64,000 bases of DNA, taken from the NCBI GenBank assembly GCA_014323865.1, contig JACONG010000016.1, forward strand, positions 253,982 to 317,981, given 5' to 3'. The stretch is from Rhodospirillales bacterium (lineage in GTDB: Bacteria > Pseudomonadota > Alphaproteobacteria > SP197). Positions 59,378 through 64,000 of this stretch are shown piece by piece. The translations under genes and the position numbers were made by a program. Under the pieces are notes generated by a model, which saw nothing but the letters and a program-made list of their open reading frames with translations, did not search any database and was not told the origin of the DNA. Positions within the stretch are counted from its first letter, which is position 1; every line of letters begins with the position of its first letter.

Positions 59378-60763
59378 GTGACCGGTCCCTCAACAAACCA
59401 CGACTCGGCGACCGACGAGGCTGGAGCGTTCCTGGCGCAGCACCCTGAGGTGCGCTGGGTCGACGCGATGATACCCGATATCTGCGGCATTCCCCGGGGG
59501 AAGCGACTCGACGTTTCGGCTCTCGGGAAGCTCTACACCACGGGCCTCGTTCTGCCGGGATCGACCTATGCGCTCGACATGCTGGGCAACAATGTCGACA
59601 GCACCGGCATGGGGCCGGCCGATGGCGATCCCGACTATCCCTGTCATGCCGTTCCCGGAACGCTGACGGCTGTGCCGTGGCAGGGGCCTGAGCACGCCCA
59701 GGTCCTGATGAGCATGAGCGATCAGAACGGCAAACCCTGGTGGCTCGACCCGCGTCATATCGTGCGTCGGATCGCCGATCAGGTGGGTGCGCTCGGCTTC
59801 ACGCCGGTCGTGGCGATCGAGCTGGAGTTCTATCTGCTCGAGAACGACGCCGACGAGGACGGCAGGCCGATGCCGGCCCGCTCGCCGGTGACGGGCCGCA
59901 AGCCGTCGGAAACCCAAGTTTATCTGATGGACGAGCTCGATGCCTATGCGCCGGTGCTCAACGACATCGTCGCGACCTGTCGGTCCCAGGGTATCCCCAC
60001 CGACGTCGCAACCATCGAGTACGCGCCGGGTCAGTTCGAGATCAACCTGCACCACACGGACGATCCCGTCGCGGCCTGCGATCACGCCATGCTGCAGAAG
60101 CGCGCCATCAAGGGTGTTGCCGCAGCCAAGGACCTGACAGCAACCTTCATGGCCCGGCCTTTCCGCCAGTTCTCCACAAGCGGCACGCATATCCATATTT
60201 CGTTGCTCGATGACCAGGGACGGAACGTGTTCGACGACGGTGGACCTCAGGGCAGCGAGCTCTTCCGTCATGCGATCGGGGGCTTGGTGGCGACCATGGC
60301 CGAGGCCATGCCGATCTGGGCGCCCAACGCCAACTCGTTCCGCAGGATCACACCGACGGGCTGGGTACCGATGGCGCCGACCTGGGGCTACAACAACCGA
60401 ACGGTCTCGCTCAGGGTGCCGGGCGGGCCTTCAGCGGCGCGGCGCATCGAGCACCGACCGGCCGGCGCCGACGCCAATCCCTATCTGGTCGCGGCCGCGA
60501 TCCTGGCGGGTGTGCACCACGGCATCACGAATGCGATCGATCCCGGCGCTCCGATAACGGGCAACGCAGCCGAAAAGGTCGCCCCGACGCTGCCCGCGAT
60601 CTGGGTTGACGCTCTGCGTGCGTCGGATAATGCGAAGGTTCTGCCCGACTACTTCGGTGCGACGTGGTGGGACATCCACAGCAAGCTCAAGTGGGCCGAG
60701 TTCCACGAGTTCAACGACCACATCTCGAATCTTGAGTACGAGCGTCTGTTGACGCTGATCTAA
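59378..60763 (+). CDS. Glutamine synthetase family protein (type III/GlnT or gamma-glutamylpolyamine synthetase-like)
   Basis: GS catalytic-domain sequence (…IELEFYLLEND…, …HIHISLLD…, …NRTVSLRVPGG…); GTG 59378 chosen so the N-terminus begins near …AGAFLAQHPEVRWVD…. The track ORF start 59240 adds an implausible R/S/P-rich extension. Confidence 0.7.
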   Translation: MTGPSTNHDSATDEAGAFLAQHPEVRWVDAMIPDICGIPRGKRLDVSALGKLYTTGLVLPGSTYALDMLGNNVDSTGMGPADGDPDYPCHAVPGTLTAVPWQGPEHAQVLMSMSDQNGKPWWLDPRHIVRRIADQVGALGFTPVVAIELEFYLLENDADEDGRPMPARSPVTGRKPSETQVYLMDELDAYAPVLNDIVATCRSQGIPTDVATIEYAPGQFEINLHHTDDPVAACDHAMLQKRAIKGVAAAKDLTATFMARPFRQFSTSGTHIHISLLDDQGRNVFDDGGPQGSELFRHAIGGLVATMAEAMPIWAPNANSFRRITPTGWVPMAPTWGYNNRTVSLRVPGGPSAARRIEHRPAGADANPYLVAAAILAGVHHGITNAIDPGAPITGNAAEKVAPTLPAIWVDALRASDNAKVLPDYFGATWWDIHSKLKWAEFHEFNDHISNLEYERLLTLI

Positions 60764-62055
60764 CCGTCCTGCGCCGCCAGGACCCGGCCGGCGAGATAGA
60801 GCGATCCACACATCAGGATCCGGCTGGCTTCCCCGGAGCGGCCCGCGAGATCGACCAAGGCGTTCTCGAAGCTGTCGGCCCGGGAGGCATTGATCCCGGT
60901 TTCCCGTAACAGGGCTTCCGTGTCTTCGGCAGGCAGGGTGTTCTTTTCGCCGGGGATACTGACGGCAACAGCGCGCCTGACATGCCGTGCAAGCGGCGCG
61001 ATGAAGCCGCGGGGATCCTTGGTGTTCATCATGCCTACGACAAGATCGAGCGGACGTTCGGCCCAGTTCGAGGCCATGCCGGCGAGCACCTCGCCTGCAG
61101 CGGGATTGTGGCCGCCGTCGAGCCAGAGCTCGACATCATCGCCGACGAGGCGGTTGAGCGCACCACCCTCCAGCTTCTGGAGACGTGCAGGCCATCGTGC
61201 GGTTCGAAGCCCCTCTGCCATGTGGTCGTCGTTGATCGAGAAACCCTTGAGACGACGTAGGGCGGCCACCGATGTCGCCGCGTTAAAGGGCTGATGCGGT
61301 CCGAGCAGAACCGGCGTCGGAAGCGCCAGACGTTCGTCGCCATCGCGCAGGACAAAGCCATCGGCGCCGATCTCGGTCGCTTCGAAGTCACGCCCCGCGA
61401 GCCAAGCCGGCGCCCCCAGCGCATCGGCCTTCTCAAGCAGGACGTCGCGCGCGTCGATCTCCTGCGGACCGATCACGACCGGCACACCGGTCTTGATGAT
61501 CCCGGCCTTCTCACCGGCGATCTTGGACAATGTGTCGCCGAGAAATTGTTGGTGGTCGTAGGAGATCGGCGTTATGATCGAGATCAGCGGCCGGTCGACA
61601 ACATTGGTCGCATCAAGACGACCGCCCAGACCGGTTTCCATCAAGAGAATATCGGCCGGCTCGCGCGAAAACGCTAGGAATGCGGCTGCGGTCGTGACTT
61701 CAAAGAACGTGATGGCTTCGCCGCCGTTCGCTCGTTCGCATTCGTCGAGCAGGTCGGCCAGGGCATCTTCGTCGATCGCCGCACCGTCGATCTCGATGCG
61801 TTCGTGAAACCGGACCAGGTGCGGCGAGGTGTAGCTGTGGACGCGGTAGCCGGCAGCGCGCAGAACGGCGCGCATGTAGGCGACGATCGAACCCTTGCCG
61901 TTGGTGCCTGCAATGTGGACCACGGGCGGGAGCTTCGTGTATGGCTGTCCGAGCCGCTCAAGGATCGCGTACATGCGGTCGAGCGACAGGTCGATCAGCT
62001 TCGGATGAAGCCCCATCAAACGTTCGAGCAGAACATCACTTGACAGTTTGCTCAC
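60760..62055 (-). CDS. folC: Bifunctional folylpolyglutamate synthase/dihydrofolate synthase
   Basis: P-loop [10 protein letters not shown], Mur ligase family central and C-terminal domains. Confidence 0.85.
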   Translation of the reverse strand: MSKLSSDVLLERLMGLHPKLIDLSLDRMYAILERLGQPYTKLPPVVHIAGTNGKGSIVAYMRAVLRAAGYRVHSYTSPHLVRFHERIEIDGAAIDEDALADLLDECERANGGEAITFFEVTTAAAFLAFSREPADILLMETGLGGRLDATNVVDRPLISIITPISYDHQQFLGDTLSKIAGEKAGIIKTGVPVVIGPQEIDARDVLLEKADALGAPAWLAGRDFEATEIGADGFVLRDGDERLALPTPVLLGPHQPFNAATSVAALRRLKGFSINDDHMAEGLRTARWPARLQKLEGGALNRLVGDDVELWLDGGHNPAAGEVLAGMASNWAERPLDLVVGMMNTKDPRGFIAPLARHVRRAVAVSIPGEKNTLPAEDTEALLRETGINASRADSFENALVDLAGRSGEASRILMCGSLYLAGRVLAAQDG

Positions 62056-62963
62056 GCAGGCGCCGCTTCTTCGGCATCGTTCGCCGGGATCTGCAGAAGC
62101 TCGTCTTCCTGCGGGCGGCCCGACATCAGGTGATCGAGCAGGATGACCAGCCGGTCACGCAGCTCGGGCCGACGCACCACCATGTCCAGCATGCCGTGAT
62201 CGAGCAGATACTCGGCACGCTGGAAACCTTCGGGCAGCTTCTCGCGGATCGTCTCTTCGATCACGCGCGCGCCGGCGAAACCGATGATGGCACCGGGTTC
62301 GGCGATCGAGACGTCACCCAGCATTGCAAATGAAGCTGTCACACCGCCCGTGGTCGGATTTGTCATCACGCTGATGTAGGGCAGACTGGCCTCCTTCAGC
62401 TCGGTGATGGCGACCGTCGTGCGGGCCATCTGCATCAGCGATAGGATGCCCTCTTGCATGCGCGCGCCGCCCGACGCCGAAAAGATGATCAATGCGGCAT
62501 CCTGAAGCCTGGCCAGCCGCGCCGCCGTGACGATTGCCTCGCCGACAGCGGTGCCCATCGAACCGCCCATGAAATCGAAGTTAAAGATGGCGCAGACAAC
62601 AGGGCGTTCCCCGACTTCGCCATGGGCCACGACCATGGCGTCTTTCTCGCCGGTCTTCGTCTGGGCTTCCTTCACGCGATCGGAGTAACGCTTGCGGTCG
62701 CGGAAGCGCAGCGGGTCGGCGGCGACCTTGGGAAGTTCGATGCGATCGAACTTGCCGTCGTCGAACAGGGACCGTAGTCTGACATCAGGCGCGATACGCA
62801 TATGGAAGCCGCAATGCGGGCAGACGTTCATCGCGGCTTCGAGATCGCGGTGAAAGATCATCTGCTCGCAGTTCGGGCATTTGTCCCAGAGCGTCTCCGC
62901 CGTCTGGGTCTTGCGAACCAGATCCCGGATCTTGGGAAGCGCCAGATCGGAGAGCCAGCTCAT
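62052..62963 (-). CDS. accD: Acetyl-CoA carboxylase carboxyltransferase beta subunit
   Basis: N-terminal Zn ribbon [26 protein letters not shown]; start [13 protein letters not shown] (ATG 62963). Confidence 0.9.
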   Translation of the reverse strand: MSWLSDLALPKIRDLVRKTQTAETLWDKCPNCEQMIFHRDLEAAMNVCPHCGFHMRIAPDVRLRSLFDDGKFDRIELPKVAADPLRFRDRKRYSDRVKEAQTKTGEKDAMVVAHGEVGERPVVCAIFNFDFMGGSMGTAVGEAIVTAARLARLQDAALIIFSASGGARMQEGILSLMQMARTTVAITELKEASLPYISVMTNPTTGGVTASFAMLGDVSIAEPGAIIGFAGARVIEETIREKLPEGFQRAEYLLDHGMLDMVVRRPELRDRLVILLDHLMSGRPQEDELLQIPANDAEEAAPA

Positions 62964-63790
62964 GCCATCGCACTCTTGATTCCCGAGGAAAGATCGCGGG
63001 CGATGTTCAAGACATTCTCGACACATGCGCGCGTGCCCTTGCCGTCGGCGTCAAGCCCGTGGGCGACCGCCTGACAGAAGACGGTCCCGACGGCGATGCC
63101 ATCCGCCACCCGTGCGATCGCCTCGGCGTGCTCGGCGGTCTTGATGCCGAAACCGACGGCCACCGGCAGGTCGGTCGCCGCCTTGATGCGTGCAACTGCA
63201 TCGCCCACGACGGCGGGATCGGCCGATCGGGTGCCGGTAATCCCGGTGATCGAGACATAGTAGACGAAACCCGAAGCGTTCAAGAGCACGGCCGGCAGGC
63301 GCCTGGCATCGGTCGTCGGCGTTGCGAGCCGGATCCAGTTGAAGCCTGCTTCGATCGCCGGAAGACAGAGTTCGTTGTCCTCCTCGCTCGGCATGTCGAC
63401 GAGGATCAGGCCGTCGATGCCCGCCTCCTTGGCATCGGCCAGGAAGGCTTCGTTGCCGTAGGAGTAGATCGGATTGTAGTAACCCATCAGCACGATCGGC
63501 GTGTCCTGATCGTCCTTTCGGAACTCCCGCACCATCTCGATCGTGCGGCGCAGGGTCATGCCGGTCCGGAGCGCGCGCTGGGCGGCGACCTGAATGGTCG
63601 GCCCGTCGGCCATCGGATCGGTGAAGGGCATGCCGAGCTCGATAATGTCGGCACCGGCGGCAGGGAGACCCTTGACGATGTCGAGCGAGAGATCGAAATC
63701 GGGATCGCCCGCCATGATGTAGGCGACGAGCGCCGCGCGGCCTTCGTCCTTTAGTGCGGCAAAGCGCCTGTCGATGCGGGTCTCGCTCAA
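62960..63790 (-). CDS. trpA: Tryptophan synthase alpha subunit
   Basis: …[14 protein letters not shown]…[18 protein letters not shown]…; TTG start overlapping trpB stop. Confidence 0.9.
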   Translation of the reverse strand: MSETRIDRRFAALKDEGRAALVAYIMAGDPDFDLSLDIVKGLPAAGADIIELGMPFTDPMADGPTIQVAAQRALRTGMTLRRTIEMVREFRKDDQDTPIVLMGYYNPIYSYGNEAFLADAKEAGIDGLILVDMPSEEDNELCLPAIEAGFNWIRLATPTTDARRLPAVLLNASGFVYYVSITGITGTRSADPAVVGDAVARIKAATDLPVAVGFGIKTAEHAEAIARVADGIAVGTVFCQAVAHGLDADGKGTRACVENVLNIARDLSSGIKSAMA

Positions 63791-64000
63791 ATCTCCACTC
63801 CCAGCGTTTCAGAGACCAGGAAGACGTCCTTGTCGCCCCGTCCGCACATGTTCATGCAGATGATGTGATCCCTCGGCAGATCCGGCGCGATCTTCATGAC
63901 ATGGGCCAGCGCATGGGCGGGCTCCAGCGCCGGGGTGATGCCCTCGAGCCGGGTGCAGAGCTGGAAGGCGTCGAGCGCCTCCTGATCGGTCGCCGAGACA
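63787..64000 (-). CDS. trpB: Tryptophan synthase beta subunit, C-terminal 71 codons (5' part beyond window)
   Basis: Manual translation …[50 protein letters not shown]. Confidence 0.8.
   Translation of the reverse strand, partial: VSATDQEALDAFQLCTRLEGITPALEPAHALAHVMKIAPDLPRDHIICMNMCGRGDKDVFLVSETLGVEI

Overview
This 64-kb window is high-GC (roughly two-thirds G+C) chromosomal DNA whose gene order is typical of an alphaproteobacterium, probably Rhizobiales/Hyphomicrobiales-like. The evidence is the lptCAB-rpoN-hpf-ptsN-hprK(short)-rapZ-manX-ptsH-ptsI block, addB-addA-trxA, soxBDAG, a CtrA-type box at an flp pilin gene and the phoR-pstSCAB-phoU-phoB layout. Most of the window is core metabolism and regulation. 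Read from the ORF track and the sequence, the genes I can support are:
- a COG0523 GTPase / aspartyl beta-hydroxylase / threonine aldolase operon divergent from a DUF1826-like gene, with a Zur-box-like motif between them;
- maeB, the complete Pho regulon cluster (with a Pho-box-like direct repeat before pstS), a HIT protein, a frameshifted EamA transporter and a TPR lipoprotein;
- the heterotetrameric sarcosine oxidase operon soxBDAG;
- a tightly coupled ~9.3-kb, 10-ORF glycan-type operon: a fused TMD-NBD ABC exporter, two small ORFs, GT4, GT4, a SAM methyltransferase, GT2, an AsnB-like amidotransferase and GT4. It lacks a priming transferase, Wzx/Wzy and sugar-nucleotide genes, and is preceded by three TTCA/TGAA palindromes around a TTGACC -35;
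- a convergent MBL-fold hydrolase;
- a DUF2849-CysI-DUF934 sulfite reductase trio;
- a decayed Tad/Flp pilus locus (intact flp; cpaA with an in-frame amber stop; a multiply frameshifted and truncated cpaB; the rest missing);
- an NDUFA9-like SDR, tRNA-Leu(CAG) and an RNase D-like exonuclease;
- the lptCAB/rpoN/hpf/nitrogen-PTS block, ahcY, ferredoxin-NADP reductase and an AmgK/MurU-like kinase/nucleotidyltransferase pair;
- addB and addA, which here form one uninterrupted 2153-codon reading frame;
- trxA, a small HTH ORF, a glutamine-synthetase-family gene, folC, accD, trpA and the 3' end of trpB.
A roughly 70-115-bp mosaic palindromic repeat occurs three times. Two full copies supply the last five to six codons and the stop codon of flanking genes on opposite strands, and two copies bracket the MBL gene. 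I found no transposase, integrase, CRISPR array or recognisable defence system. The long antisense ORFs in the track are high-GC shadow ORFs. All functional calls rest on motif and family recognition by eye; no database searches were run.
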